Positions 7,775 to 17,823 are shown, counted from the first letter of the stretch. The stretch: 64,000 bases of DNA from an uncultured Sutterella sp. (GCA_900754475.1 CAAECY010000078.1:5801-69800), one strand, 5' to 3'. The notes: generated by a model from the letters alone, not told the origin. Numbers and translations are program-made.

Positions 7775-9667
7775 TCAGCGACGCGGACCGCGGCCGTTGC
7801 GTTCGAACCGGTCGAATCGACCGTTGCCGCGGCGGTCGCCGCGATCGCCTCGATCATTGCGGTCGTAGCGATCGTTGCGCTCGTTGCGTTCGGCCCGATC
7901 GCCGAAGCGCTCGAAACGTTCGCCCCGGTCGCTTCGATCGGAGCGTTCGCCGCGATCCGCACGGTCGGCGCGGTCCGAACGGTCGGAGCGCTCTTCGCGG
8001 CGACGCGGTTCGTCGAACTTCACGAGCACGTTGCGGCCCTTGTAGCGCACGCCCTGCATGGCTTCGACCACGCGTTCCGCCACGGCCTCTTCGACTTCGA
8101 CGAGCGTGAAGCGGTCCGAGATGTCGATCGCGCCGATCGAGCGGGAGTGGATGCCCGATTCGTTCGCAAAGGCGCCGACGATGTCGCCCGGGCGCACGCC
8201 AACGTCGCGGCCGGCGCCGAAGAAGATGCGCTTCATGCCGGCTTCGGGACCGGCCGAGCGGTCGCGGCGCTCGCGACCGTTGCGTTCGCCCCGTTCGCCT
8301 CGTTCGGCGCGATCGCGCTTCGGGCGCTCGAAGGGCGAGAACGCGGGAATGTCGGTGTCGTCGTCCACGCCGCCTTCGCTCTCGAGCGCGAGACGGATGG
8401 CCGCGGCCGCCACGTCGAAAGGATCGTGCTCTTCGCAGAGCGTTTCGACGACGACGCGGAAGCGCTCGAGGTCGCCCTCGCGGAGCACTTCTTCGACGGA
8501 GCCGCGCACGACTTCGAGACGGTGCGCGCGCACGTCGGTGGCGGAGGGCACGGAGCGGATTTCGATGCGGCTCTTCGTGATGCGTTCGATCGCGCGCAGA
8601 TGACGGTGTTCGCGGGGCTCGAGGAGCGTGATGGCGGTGCCCGTACGACCGGCGCGGCCCGTTCGCCCGATGCGGTGCACGTACGTGTCGTAGGAGGCGG
8701 GGATGCCGAAGTTGACGACGTGCGTGAGGTTTTCAAGGTCGATGCCGCGGGCGGCGACGTCCGTGGCGACGATCACGTCGACTTGACCGGCGCGGGCGCG
8801 CTTCATCACGCGGTCGCGCGTCGGCTGATCGAGCCCGCCGTGCAGGGCTTCGACGCTCCAGCCGCGGGCGCGCAGCGCTTCGGTGAGTTCGTCCACTTCC
8901 GTGCGGGTGCGCGTGAAGATGATGGCGAGTTCGGGCCCTTCGAGGTCGAGAATGCGACCGAGCGCGGGCAGGCGGTAGTTGTGACCCACCACGTACGCGA
9001 TCTGCGGCACGCGGGGCGCTTCGCCGTCCGCGGTTTCTTCACGGGCGATCTGGATGCGCACGGGGTCCTTGAGGTGTTCTTCGGCGATGCGGGCGATGCG
9101 CGGGGCGAGCGTCGCGGAAAAGAGCGCCGTCTGCACCGTTTCGGGCACGGCGTTGAAAATGGCGTCGAGTTCGTCGGCAAAGCCCAGATCGAGCATTTCG
9201 TCGGCTTCGTCGAGAACGACCGCTTTGAGGGCGGAGAGGTCGAGCGTTCCCTTGTTGATGTGGTCGAGCGCTCGGCCGGGCGTCGCGACGACGACGTGCG
9301 TGCCGCGCTTCAGGGCGCGGATCTGGCGACCGTACTCCTGCCCGCCGTAAATGGGCGTGACGATGATGCCCGCGTTGCGGCCGAAGTTGTGGAACGATTC
9401 GCTCACCTGCAGGCAAAGTTCGCGCGTCGGCGTGAGAACGAGGATGAGCGGAAGATCGGGTTCGGCGCCCACGACGTGGCGGTCGAGGAGCGGGAGCCCG
9501 AAGGCGGCGGTTTTGCCCGTGCCGGTGGCGGCCTGACCGAGGACGTCGCGTCCTTCGAGCAGCGCGGGGATCGCTTCCTGTTGAATCGGGGTGGGTTCTT
9601 CGAAACCGAGCTGCGAGAGCGCGCTCACGATGTCATCGGAAAGACCAAGTTCGGAAAAAGTGGCCAT
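7775..9667 (-). CDS. deaD: DEAD-box RNA helicase, DeaD/CsdA type with DbpA RNA-binding domain
   Basis: Q motif, ATGTGKT, PTREL, DEAD, SAT, HRIGRTGRAG; DbpA-like RPGDIVGA...IGAIDI; charged repetitive tail. Confidence 0.88.
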   Translation of the reverse strand: MATFSELGLSDDIVSALSQLGFEEPTPIQQEAIPALLEGRDVLGQAATGTGKTAAFGLPLLDRHVVGAEPDLPLILVLTPTRELCLQVSESFHNFGRNAGIIVTPIYGGQEYGRQIRALKRGTHVVVATPGRALDHINKGTLDLSALKAVVLDEADEMLDLGFADELDAIFNAVPETVQTALFSATLAPRIARIAEEHLKDPVRIQIAREETADGEAPRVPQIAYVVGHNYRLPALGRILDLEGPELAIIFTRTRTEVDELTEALRARGWSVEALHGGLDQPTRDRVMKRARAGQVDVIVATDVAARGIDLENLTHVVNFGIPASYDTYVHRIGRTGRAGRTGTAITLLEPREHRHLRAIERITKSRIEIRSVPSATDVRAHRLEVVRGSVEEVLREGDLERFRVVVETLCEEHDPFDVAAAAIRLALESEGGVDDDTDIPAFSPFERPKRDRAERGERGERNGRERRDRSAGPEAGMKRIFFGAGRDVGVRPGDIVGAFANESGIHSRSIGAIDISDRFTLVEVEEAVAERVVEAMQGVRYKGRNVLVKFDEPRRREERSDRSDRADRADRGERSDRSDRGERFERFGDRAERNERNDRYDRNDRGDRGDRRGNGRFDRFERNGRGPRR

Positions 9668-9838
9668 GAAATTCTCTTAAAAAACAATGTGCGGCCACGT
9701 GCACCCGGAAACACCAAAGAAACGGTCGATGCGGATCGAAAGCAAACGGGAGTGATGGCCTGGGAGGAGGCTCGTCGGTCGAAAGCGTGTCGAGCAACGA
9801 GGTCGGGAGGGGCGGAGGCGGGCTCCGCAAGGGATTTG

Positions 9839-9877
9839 AAAAAAGCCCGCGGGAGAATGAACTCTGCGGGCTTTTTT
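9839..9877. terminator. Intrinsic terminator after rplY
   Basis: AAAAAAGCCCGCGG...CTGCGGGCTTTTTT inverted repeat. Confidence 0.8.
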
Positions 9878-9898
9878 CGAGTTCTCCGACGAGGGAGA

Positions 9899-10513
9899 TT
9901 ACTTGGCTTCGGCCGCAGCAGGGGCTTCGGCGGCTTCTTCGCCTTCGGCGACGGTCACTTCTTCTTCGACCGGAGCGATCACGGAGGCGACCACGACGTC
10001 GGTGACGACTTCAACGCCGGCGGGAACCGCGAGTTCCTTCGAGTGGAGCGTCATGCCGGATTCCATCTTGGAGAGGTCGACGGCGATGAATTCGGGCAGT
10101 TCGCGCGGGAGGCACTGGACTTCGACGTAGGAAACCGTGTGGCTGATGATGGCCTTGTCCACCTTGACGGCGGGGCTTTCTTCGGCGCCCGAGAAGTGCA
10201 GGGGCACGCGCATCGTGACCTTTTCGTCAGCGGCGATGCGCTGGAAGTCGATGTGCATGACCTGGGGCTTGTAGGGGTGCATCTGGAAAGCGCGGAGAAC
10301 GACGAGTTCTTCCTTGCCGTCGAGTTCCATCGTCAGGATCGAAGCGTGGAACTTTTCCTTACGCAGAGCGTAGAAAATGGGATTGTGTTCGAGCTCGATC
10401 GGCGTAGCGGGTTCGTGGCCGCCGTAGACGATGCCGGGCAGCTTGTCCGCGCGGCGCAGACGGCGGCTCGCACTCGTACCTTGCGCCTTACGCGTGGTGG
10501 CGATGACTTTCAT
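9899..10513 (-). CDS. rplY: 50S ribosomal protein L25/CTC
   Basis: ASRRLRR..PGIVYG and QMHPYK..VMHIDF; long CTC form. Confidence 0.96.
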   Translation of the reverse strand: MKVIATTRKAQGTSASRRLRRADKLPGIVYGGHEPATPIELEHNPIFYALRKEKFHASILTMELDGKEELVVLRAFQMHPYKPQVMHIDFQRIAADEKVTMRVPLHFSGAEESPAVKVDKAIISHTVSYVEVQCLPRELPEFIAVDLSKMESGMTLHSKELAVPAGVEVVTDVVVASVIAPVEEEVTVAEGEEAAEAPAAAEAK

Positions 10514-10545
10514 GGGTAACTCCTAATGGATGGTAGTAATAAAGT

Positions 10546-10573
10546 GTCCCGCAATCGCGACCAATCGCGGGAC
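10546..10573 (-). promoter_or_regulatory. Candidate L25 (rplY) leader hairpin
   Basis: Minus strand GTCCCGCGAT-TGGTCGCG-ATTGCGGGAC: 10-bp stem with a GGUCGC loop, 32 nt upstream of the rplY ATG. Confidence 0.5.
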
Positions 10574-10586
10574 GCGGAAAAAACGG

Positions 10587-11546
10587 TTATTCCGTGAAGA
10601 GCGAGCTCACGGAGTCTTCGCGCGCGATGCGCGAAAGCGTTTCGCCGATGATCGCGGCGCAGGAAACCTGGCGGATCTTCGGGCAGGCCGCAGCGGCGGC
10701 CGAAAGCGGAATCGTGTCCGTCACGACGAGTTCGTCGAGGGCGGAATTCGTGATGCGCTCGATGGCGGCACCCGAAAGCACGGGGTGCGTGATGTAGGCG
10801 ACGACGGCCTTGGCACCGCGTTCCTTGAGCGCGCCGGCGGCGTTGCAGAGCGTACCGGCCGTGTCGACGATGTCGTCGGTGATGACGCAGGTGCGGCCCT
10901 TGACTTCGCCGATGATGTTCATGATTTCGGCCACGTTGGCACGGGGACGACGCTTGTCGATGATGGCGAGGTCCACTTCGAGGGCCTTGGCCATGGCACG
11001 GGCGCGAACCACGCCGCCCACGTCGGGCGAGACGACCATGAGGTCTTCGTAGTTGCGGTTGACGAGGTCATTGAGCAGAACGGGCGTGGCGTAGATGTTG
11101 TCGACGGGGATGTCGAAGAAGCCCTGAATCTGGTCGGCGTGCAGGTCCATCGTGAGGACGCGGTCGACGCCGACGGACTGAAGCATGTTGGCCACGACCT
11201 TGGCGGAGATCGCCACGCGGGTCGAACGGGGACGGCGGTCCTGACGGGCATACCCGTAGTAGGGGATCGCGGCGGTGACGCGGCGGGCGGAAGCGCGCTT
11301 CAGAGCGTCAACCATGATCATGAGTTCCATCAGGTTGTCGTTCGTCGGGGCACAGGTGCTCTGCAGGATGAACACGTCCTTGCCGCGCACGTTGTCAAGG
11401 AGCTGGACCATCACTTCGCCGTCGCTGAAGCGGGTGACCGTAGCCTTGCCGAGAGGAATGTTGAGGTACTGAGTAACGGCCTGGGCAAGCTTGGGATTGG
11501 CATTGCCCGAGAAGACCATCATACTATCCGGAACCATGGGGACCAT
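10587..11546 (-). CDS. prs: Ribose-phosphate pyrophosphokinase
   Basis: [42 protein letters not shown]. Start may be 11537. Confidence 0.97.
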   Translation of the reverse strand: MVPMVPDSMMVFSGNANPKLAQAVTQYLNIPLGKATVTRFSDGEVMVQLLDNVRGKDVFILQSTCAPTNDNLMELMIMVDALKRASARRVTAAIPYYGYARQDRRPRSTRVAISAKVVANMLQSVGVDRVLTMDLHADQIQGFFDIPVDNIYATPVLLNDLVNRNYEDLMVVSPDVGGVVRARAMAKALEVDLAIIDKRRPRANVAEIMNIIGEVKGRTCVITDDIVDTAGTLCNAAGALKERGAKAVVAYITHPVLSGAAIERITNSALDELVVTDTIPLSAAAAACPKIRQVSCAAIIGETLSRIAREDSVSSLFTE

Positions 11547-11712
11547 GACGCGCTCTTTGGTAGTGGCGGGGGCTTGCGCCCTCAGGGGTTAATGGCGGCA
11601 CCCGCATCTCGGACGGTGTCCGAAACGAAGCACCCACGCAAAAATCTAACGCAAAGAGAGGCATTCTGTAACGGAAAGCCTCTCTTTTTCTTGAAGAAAT
11701 TCGGGATGAGTG

Positions 11713-11789
11713 TGGCAGGGGTAGAAGGATTCGAACCTTCGAATGCCGGAATCAAAATCCGGTGCCTTAGGCCGCTTGGCGATACCCCT
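11713..11789 (-). tRNA. tRNA-Gln(TTG)
   Basis: AGGGGTA...CCGGA TT TTG AT TCCGG...GGTTCGAATCC...TACCCCTG CCA cloverleaf with encoded CCA; usual ispE-tRNA-prs position. Confidence 0.97.
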
Positions 11790-11801
11790 ATCACGATCCG
11801 T

Positions 11802-12665
11802 TTATTCGGTGAGCCATGAAGCCAGAGGATGGACCGGCAGGCTTCGAACCCGGAATTCCAGCCACCCTTCGGGCAGGTTCAGCGAGCGCTCGGGAGCGCC
11901 TTCCGGCTCGACGGCGAAGACGGTACTTCCCGAGCCCGTCATGCGCGGCTCAAAGCCGGATTCGGAGAGCATCCGCAGCGCTTTGTGCACGGCGGGCTCG
12001 ATCCGAGCGGCCACTGGCTCCAGGTCGTTGTGGCCGGGGAGAGCCGGCCAGCGGTTCCGGATGGAGTCGGAAAAGACCGCTATTGTGCGTGTTTCGGTAG
12101 ACCGTGTCAAGTCGGGGGCCGAAAAAATCTTACCCGTGGACACGCCTCGGCCGGGCCAAACGAGCCGATACCGGGCGTCGGGAAGCTCCACGGGGAGGAG
12201 CTTTTCGCCGATCCCTTCCGCAAAGGCGTTCCGACCGAAAAGGAAGAAAGGAACGTCGGCTCCGAGTTCGACGCCGAGCGCCATCAGTTCGCTTCGGGTG
12301 AGGCGCAGGTTCCAGAGGCGGTTGAGCCCGATCAGCACGGTGGCGGCGTCGGAACTGCCGCCCCCGAGCCCGGCTCCGACGGGAATGCGCTTCTCGAGTC
12401 GGATCCGAATGCCCGCCCCGACGCGGAAGCGCTCCTTCAAAAGACGCGCGGCCCGCACGCAGAGGTCCTCCTCGGCGGGACCCGTGAGGTCGCCCTCGCG
12501 CTCGACGTCGCCCGAGGGTAGGAGCGTGAGATCGACCGTATCGGCCAGGTCGATCAGGGTGAAGATCGACTGCAGGAGGTGCTTGCCGTCGGGGCGACGG
12601 CCCGTCACGTGCAGAAAGAGATTCAGTTTGGCGGGGGCCGGGAGCCCCAGACAGGCTTCAGTCAT
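11802..12665 (-). CDS. ispE: 4-diphosphocytidyl-2-C-methyl-D-erythritol kinase
   Basis: APAKLNLFLHV, KRIPVGAGLGGGSSDAA, LGADVPFF, RMTGSGS. Confidence 0.97.
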   Translation of the reverse strand: MTEACLGLPAPAKLNLFLHVTGRRPDGKHLLQSIFTLIDLADTVDLTLLPSGDVEREGDLTGPAEEDLCVRAARLLKERFRVGAGIRIRLEKRIPVGAGLGGGSSDAATVLIGLNRLWNLRLTRSELMALGVELGADVPFFLFGRNAFAEGIGEKLLPVELPDARYRLVWPGRGVSTGKIFSAPDLTRSTETRTIAVFSDSIRNRWPALPGHNDLEPVAARIEPAVHKALRMLSESGFEPRMTGSGSTVFAVEPEGAPERSLNLPEGWLEFRVRSLPVHPLASWLTE

Positions 12666-13191
12666 CGAGCGTTACCGTAAGCGTGATGCGGGGAGAACCC
12701 GAGAGTCGGAGAAAACGCACCGTTCGGGCGGAGCCCTCGGGGCGTCGGGCGCGGATGCGAGCTTCCCACTCGCCCGTCGTCAGTTGGTCGTTCGTGGTCG
12801 GTGCGGCAAGTACTTCAAACAATTCCCGAACGGGAAGGGTGAAGCCGAGCACGTTCGAAAGCAGGTCGTCGAGGTCTTTCCCCTCGGCGACGGTTTCGTC
12901 GATCCCGCGGCTGAGCCGAGCGCCCGAGCTGTCGACCTCGATGCGTGCAAGTACGCCCGCAAGCGGCGTCAGCAGATCGAGCTCAAGGTCGGGGGCGGCC
13001 TCGCCCCGTTCCCTCACCGTCAAACGAAAGCGTCCCGTTTGGTTCTCGGTTTTTCCGGGGGCGGCGACGGTGAGCGCGAAGCGCCCCGCAAAGACGCGTC
13101 GGTCGGCGGGGGTCGTCGCGCAGCCCGAGAGGAGCGCGATCTGCGCAAGGCCGAGGCCTCCGAGAAGTCTCACGAGTGTACGGCGCTTCAC
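12658..13191 (-). CDS. lolB: Outer-membrane lipoprotein insertase LolB
   Basis: Lipobox LLSGC; GRF, LLTPL and LGFTLPV motifs; TPR-lolB-ispE order. Confidence 0.8.
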   Translation of the reverse strand: MKRRTLVRLLGGLGLAQIALLSGCATTPADRRVFAGRFALTVAAPGKTENQTGRFRLTVRERGEAAPDLELDLLTPLAGVLARIEVDSSGARLSRGIDETVAEGKDLDDLLSNVLGFTLPVRELFEVLAAPTTNDQLTTGEWEARIRARRPEGSARTVRFLRLSGSPRITLTVTLDD

Positions 13192-15077
13192 GGACGGACT
13201 CCCGCGGTGCGTTCGGGCGCGCTCTTGTCCGTATTCGAGGTCCCGGTCGTCGCGGGAAGCGCGAGCGCGCGGCGCGCGGCGAGCGCTTCAAGGTCGGGCG
13301 TGAGGCCCGAGCGTTCGATCGCCTCGGCGAGCACCTTCTCGGCGTCCGCGCGTCGGTTGAGCGCGCAGAGAATGTCGACGAGGTGCGAGGCCACTTCGGG
13401 GTCGTAGAGCTTTTTGAGCGAGGCGTTCGTGAATTCGTACGCGGCCTTGAAGCGACCCTCGCGGTAGGCGAGCCACCCCATCGAGTCGAGGATGAACGGG
13501 TCGAGCGGCGCGGCCTTGAAGGCGACTTCGAGGTGCCGGCGTGCTTCGTCGAGGTTCCGGTTTTCTTCAACGAGGAGGTAGCCGAGCGCGTTGTTCGCCT
13601 GCACGTGCTGCGGGTTCATGTCGAGGAGCCGGCGCAGGAACGCTTCCGAGTCGCTTCGCTCGCCGACGGACTCCGCCGCCATGGCGGCGTCGTAGAGGAT
13701 CTCGGTGTCGGTCGGATGTTGGGCGGACGCCTCCTTCAGAAGGACGTACGCATCGCGGTTGCGGCCGTTTTCAAGGAGCAGCTTCGACTCGGCCGAGTAG
13801 AGGATCGCCGTGTCGAGGGGCAGCGTCTTGCGGCCTTCTTCGAGAATTCGGCAGGCGTCGTCGAGTCGACCGAGATCGGCCGTGGCGATCGCTTCGCGAA
13901 TGCGGGCCTGACCCGCATAGGGGCCGTCCGTGAGTTCGTGCCAGTACTTCGCCGCCCGTTCGAGCGCCTTTTGTTCGAGCGCGGCGTTCCCGAGGAGGAG
14001 CCAGACGTCGTGGTGCGAGAGATCGATCTCCGAATTCGTTTCGCGCAGTGCCTCGACGTAGGCGAGGAGGTGCTTTTCGGCGCGGGGCGCGTCGCCCAGG
14101 TCCGCGGCGATTTGGCCGGCGTTGTAGAAGACGGTCGCGTCCTCGCCCGCGTTCTTCACCGCACGGTCGGTTTCGCGAAGCGCGAGGTCCTTGTTGCCGA
14201 GTCGGGCTTCGACGCGGGCGAGAACCAGGCGGATTCGGGCTTCGTTCGGGTGGCGCTCGAGGAAGGTTTTGAGCATCCGGTGCGTGCCCTCGGGGTCGAC
14301 GCTCCAGCAGACGTCGGCCGCTTCGCCGACGATCGACGCGTCGGCGGGCTTCGACTTCTGGGCGGCGCGCGCGAGACGGCAGGCCCGGTCGCCTTCGCCC
14401 GCGGTCTTCAAGAGGAGCGCGTACCCGAGACGGCTTTCGGCGTCGGTGCGCTTTTCTGCATAAGGCTTGACGGCTTCGGCGAAAAAGCGCGCGTCGCTCG
14501 GGCGCGAACGGGAAAAGAGGCGCGAGACGCGACCCACCCACGCATCGTCCGAGCGGGGTTTGACGGCGTCGCCCGCGGCGGGCTTTTCGTTTTTGTGTGC
14601 GGCTTTGGCCGCGTCGAGTGCGGCGAGACCCTTTTCAAGCGCGGCGCGGTCGCCCTTCTCGACGGCGTCCGCGAAGATCGTCTGCCAGGCCATTTCGCTC
14701 GTCGGCTCGAGCTCCGTCCAGAAGCGGGCCACGGCGACGAGTCGGTTCGAGTCGCGGGTGGCGAGCGCCGCCTGCCAGGCCATTTCGGCGATTTCGGGAT
14801 TTTTCTCGCGATAGGCGGCCGACATCAGGGCACTTGCCGCAAAATCGACATCTTTGCGATGATAGGCAATTCCGCCGGCGACGAGCTCGTAGAGCGTCGA
14901 GTCGGGACGCGTGACGGGCGGGTGCCCGGCGGGCATCGCCGGAGCCTCCTTCGACATGAAGCTCTTCGACGAGGAAATCTCGGGGTGACCCGGGGGCAAT
15001 TCGAAGGCGCAAAGCGTCTGAGCGGCAAAGAGCGCGGCTAGGGTCGCGGTGACGGAACGAAAAGAGGGCGCCGGCAT
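13188..15077 (-). CDS. Exported tetratricopeptide-repeat protein
   Basis: Signal peptide; helical repeats with NNALGY and ILDSMGW; conserved position upstream of lolB. Alternative start 15113. Confidence 0.85.
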   Translation of the reverse strand: MPAPSFRSVTATLAALFAAQTLCAFELPPGHPEISSSKSFMSKEAPAMPAGHPPVTRPDSTLYELVAGGIAYHRKDVDFAASALMSAAYREKNPEIAEMAWQAALATRDSNRLVAVARFWTELEPTSEMAWQTIFADAVEKGDRAALEKGLAALDAAKAAHKNEKPAAGDAVKPRSDDAWVGRVSRLFSRSRPSDARFFAEAVKPYAEKRTDAESRLGYALLLKTAGEGDRACRLARAAQKSKPADASIVGEAADVCWSVDPEGTHRMLKTFLERHPNEARIRLVLARVEARLGNKDLALRETDRAVKNAGEDATVFYNAGQIAADLGDAPRAEKHLLAYVEALRETNSEIDLSHHDVWLLLGNAALEQKALERAAKYWHELTDGPYAGQARIREAIATADLGRLDDACRILEEGRKTLPLDTAILYSAESKLLLENGRNRDAYVLLKEASAQHPTDTEILYDAAMAAESVGERSDSEAFLRRLLDMNPQHVQANNALGYLLVEENRNLDEARRHLEVAFKAAPLDPFILDSMGWLAYREGRFKAAYEFTNASLKKLYDPEVASHLVDILCALNRRADAEKVLAEAIERSGLTPDLEALAARRALALPATTGTSNTDKSAPERTAGVRP

Positions 15078-15212
15078 GGTCCATCGCAGGAGTGGTGACA
15101 AAAGTTCTTCCATTCTATCGGCACGGAGCCCGAGGGCGGGCCGTGTCGGGCTCGGGAGCGTAACGCGAGGTTAACCGCGCCCCTCCGACGGGGCGCCGGA
15201 AAGGATGTTGAG

Positions 15213-16325
15213 GTGATGGAAAGCAAGCAGTCGACGGTCGACGCCGTCTTTGCCGAACGATTGACGGCCTGGCAGCGCGTTCACGGTCGGCACGATCTGC
15301 CGTGGCAGCGGACGAACCGGCCGTACGAACGCTGGGTGTCGGAAATCATGCTGCAGCAAACGCAGGTGGCCACGGTGATTCCCTATTTCGAGCGCTTCAT
15401 GGAGCGCTTTCCGACGGTGGGCGAGCTCGCGCGGGCCGACGAAGACGAGGTTCTTCGCTACTGGGCGGGGCTCGGCTACTACAGCCGCGGGCGCAACCTG
15501 CGTCGCGCCGCCCTCGAAGTGCTCGAGCGCTTCGGAGGCGTCATGCCCGAGCGGTTCGACGACTTGGTGTCGCTCCCGGGGATCGGCGAAAGCACGGCCG
15601 CGGCCGTGAGCGCCTTCGCATGCGGCGAGCGGCGCGCGATGACGGACGGCAACGCCAAGCGGGTGGTGGCCCGCGTCTATGCGATCGAGGGGGCGGTCGG
15701 TTCGTCCGCCTTCGAGCGGGCCGTGAAAGCGAAGTGTCTGGAGATTTTGCCCGCCGAAGCCGACATGGCCGACTACACGCAGGGCCTGATGGATTTGGGG
15801 GCGATCGTCTGCCGCCGTCGCAAGCCCGCGTGCGAGGCGTGCCCGCTTGCGGATCTGTGCGCCGCACGCGCCGCGGGGCGAGCGGAGAGCTTCCCCGAGC
15901 CGAAAAAGGCCGTTCCCAAAGCCTGCCGTCGCGTGGCGATGGCGTTCGTGCAAACGGACGAGGGTCTCTGGCTGGCCCGCCGGACGGGCAACGAAGGGAC
16001 GGAGACGGGAAGCGTCTGGAAGGGGCTGTGGACGCCTCCGATGGCGGTCGACGCCGAGGCGTCCCACGCCGAACTGTGGGCCCGACTTGAGGGCGACTAC
16101 GCGCTCTCGGCGCCGCTTGCGGGTGCCGAGCTGCGGCACCTCCTCTCGCATCGGGAGCTTCTGATCGAGGCGCGTCTTTACCGGGCGACGCCCGAGACGA
16201 CGAACCGGCTTCGCGCCGCGGGATTCACGCCGCACGTCGAGGGCGAGGCCATGCCGGGGCGGCCCGCCCCCGTCGTTCGTCTTCTCGAGGCGCTGATGCG
16301 GCCGTCGCTCTTCGGAGAGCGTTGA
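15213..16325 (+). CDS. mutY: A/G-specific adenine glycosylase
   Basis: WVSEIMLQQTQV, WAGLGYYSR, LPGIG HhH, and C-X6-C-X2-C-X5-C Fe-S motif. Confidence 0.95.
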   Translation: MMESKQSTVDAVFAERLTAWQRVHGRHDLPWQRTNRPYERWVSEIMLQQTQVATVIPYFERFMERFPTVGELARADEDEVLRYWAGLGYYSRGRNLRRAALEVLERFGGVMPERFDDLVSLPGIGESTAAAVSAFACGERRAMTDGNAKRVVARVYAIEGAVGSSAFERAVKAKCLEILPAEADMADYTQGLMDLGAIVCRRRKPACEACPLADLCAARAAGRAESFPEPKKAVPKACRRVAMAFVQTDEGLWLARRTGNEGTETGSVWKGLWTPPMAVDAEASHAELWARLEGDYALSAPLAGAELRHLLSHRELLIEARLYRATPETTNRLRAAGFTPHVEGEAMPGRPAPVVRLLEALMRPSLFGER

Positions 16326-16345
16326 GTGCGGCCGCACGCGGGGCC

Positions 16346-17230
16346 TCAAAGGCTCTGACGGGCCCGTTCGGGGTTGAGGAGCGCGTGCTGCTCGATCACG
16401 CGATGGCGCACGATGGCGTTGAAGCGCTTCGCAAGCGTTTCCGCCACGTACACCGAGCGGTGCTGCCCGCCCGTGCAGCCGATGCAGACCGTGAGGTAGT
16501 GGCGGTTTTGCGCCCGGTAGGCGGGAAGCCACGTTTCGAGGAACCGTGCGATGTCGTCTACCATCCGCGCGACGAGGGGCGAGTCGGCGAGGAAATCCGC
16601 CACCGGCCGATCGCGCCCCGTCAGCGGCCGCAGTTCGGGCGTGTAGTAGGGATTCGGCAGGCAGCGCACGTCGAAAACCAGGTCGGCGACGCCCGGTACG
16701 CCGTACTTGAAGGCGAACGACTCGAAGGCGAGCGTCATGTCGGATTCGGGCTGATCGACGAACTGCTGCACCCAGCGGCGCAACTGCGCGGGCAAAAGCC
16801 CCGTGGTATCCAGAACGCAGGCATGCGCGCACACGGGTTCGAGGAGCGCGCGTTCGCGCTCGATCGCCTCCTGGAGCGTCACTTCTTCGGAGTGCGCCCG
16901 TGCGTGCGTCGAGAGCGGATGCCGACGGCGCGTTTCCGAGAAGCGTCGCGTGATTTCCGGGGTGGACGCCGTGAGGTAGAGAATCCGTACGTCGAATCCT
17001 TCGGCGCGCAGCGCTGTGAGCGACTCGAGCGTGTTGTCGAACGTGGCGTGCGAGCGCGCGTCGATCGCCACCGCGGCCATTTTCGTCTCCGACCGGGCCA
17101 GGGTACGCGTCACGGGAAGCAGAAATTCCGCCGGGAGATTGTCGATGCAGTAGTAGCCGCAGTCTTCGAGCTGCCGGATGGCGATGGACTTGCCGCCGCC
17201 CGAAAGGCCGGTAACGAGAACAAGCTTCAT
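16346..17230 (-). CDS. rapZ: RNase adaptor / P-loop NTPase RapZ
   Basis: TGLSGGGKS, CIDNLP, FSETRRRHPL, DVRCLPNP, IGCTGGQHRSV. Confidence 0.95.
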   Translation of the reverse strand: MKLVLVTGLSGGGKSIAIRQLEDCGYYCIDNLPAEFLLPVTRTLARSETKMAAVAIDARSHATFDNTLESLTALRAEGFDVRILYLTASTPEITRRFSETRRRHPLSTHARAHSEEVTLQEAIERERALLEPVCAHACVLDTTGLLPAQLRRWVQQFVDQPESDMTLAFESFAFKYGVPGVADLVFDVRCLPNPYYTPELRPLTGRDRPVADFLADSPLVARMVDDIARFLETWLPAYRAQNRHYLTVCIGCTGGQHRSVYVAETLAKRFNAIVRHRVIEQHALLNPERARQSL

Positions 17231-17292
17231 GGATTTCCGGCGCGCGACGCTCGGGCCCGTCGCCCGAGGGGCGCGCCCCTCCTCTCAAACGG

Positions 17293-17823
17293 TCAATCGT
17301 CGGTGCGGGGCGCTTCGTCGTCCTCGGCGAGGGCTTCGGCCGCTTCCGCGGAGGCGTGCAGGTCGGCGGGCGGCTCCCACGCGTGGAGGAGTTCGCACAC
17401 GGCCACTTCGTCCGCCGCGTCGAGAAGCGCCTGACGCATCGGTTTCTGGGAAAGAAGGCACGCGACTTCGCGCAGCATGCCGAGGTAATCCTTTTCGTCG
17501 TTTTCGGGGACGAGCAGGCAGAAAAAGAGTCGGACGCCGCGGCCGTCGGGGCTGTCGAGGCTGACGGGCTCGGCCGTTCTCAGAAAGACGAGCGCGGGCT
17601 CTTCAAGCTCGTGCAGTCGCCCGTGGGGCAACGCGCAGCCCGCGCCCACGCAGGTCGAGCCGAGACGTTCGCGGGCGATGAGCGCGTCGAAGACTTCCGA
17701 GTGCGAAATGCCGTAGGCCACTTCGAAAAGCGCGCTGGCTTCTTCGAAGAGTCGCTTTCGACTGGCGGCCGAAACGTCGAGGCGGACGGTTTGAAGGGTG
17801 ATGTAGGAAGAAAAACGGTTCAT
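17293..17823 (-). CDS. ptsN: PTS EIIA-Ntr
   Basis: SRKRLFE, ARERLGST..G.GCALPHGR with phosphorylatable His; start at ATG 17823. Confidence 0.9.
   Translation of the reverse strand: MNRFSSYITLQTVRLDVSAASRKRLFEEASALFEVAYGISHSEVFDALIARERLGSTCVGAGCALPHGRLHELEEPALVFLRTAEPVSLDSPDGRGVRLFFCLLVPENDEKDYLGMLREVACLLSQKPMRQALLDAADEVAVCELLHAWEPPADLHASAEAAEALAEDDEAPRTDD

Noticed and set aside
7800..8000. Short periodic repeats resembling an array
   Set aside because: Imperfect 9-bp coding repeats in the helicase tail; no spacers or cas genes, so not CRISPR.
11547..11801. tRNA-Gln as an integration site
   Set aside because: Flanked by ispE and prs as usual; no integrase or duplicated 3' end seen.
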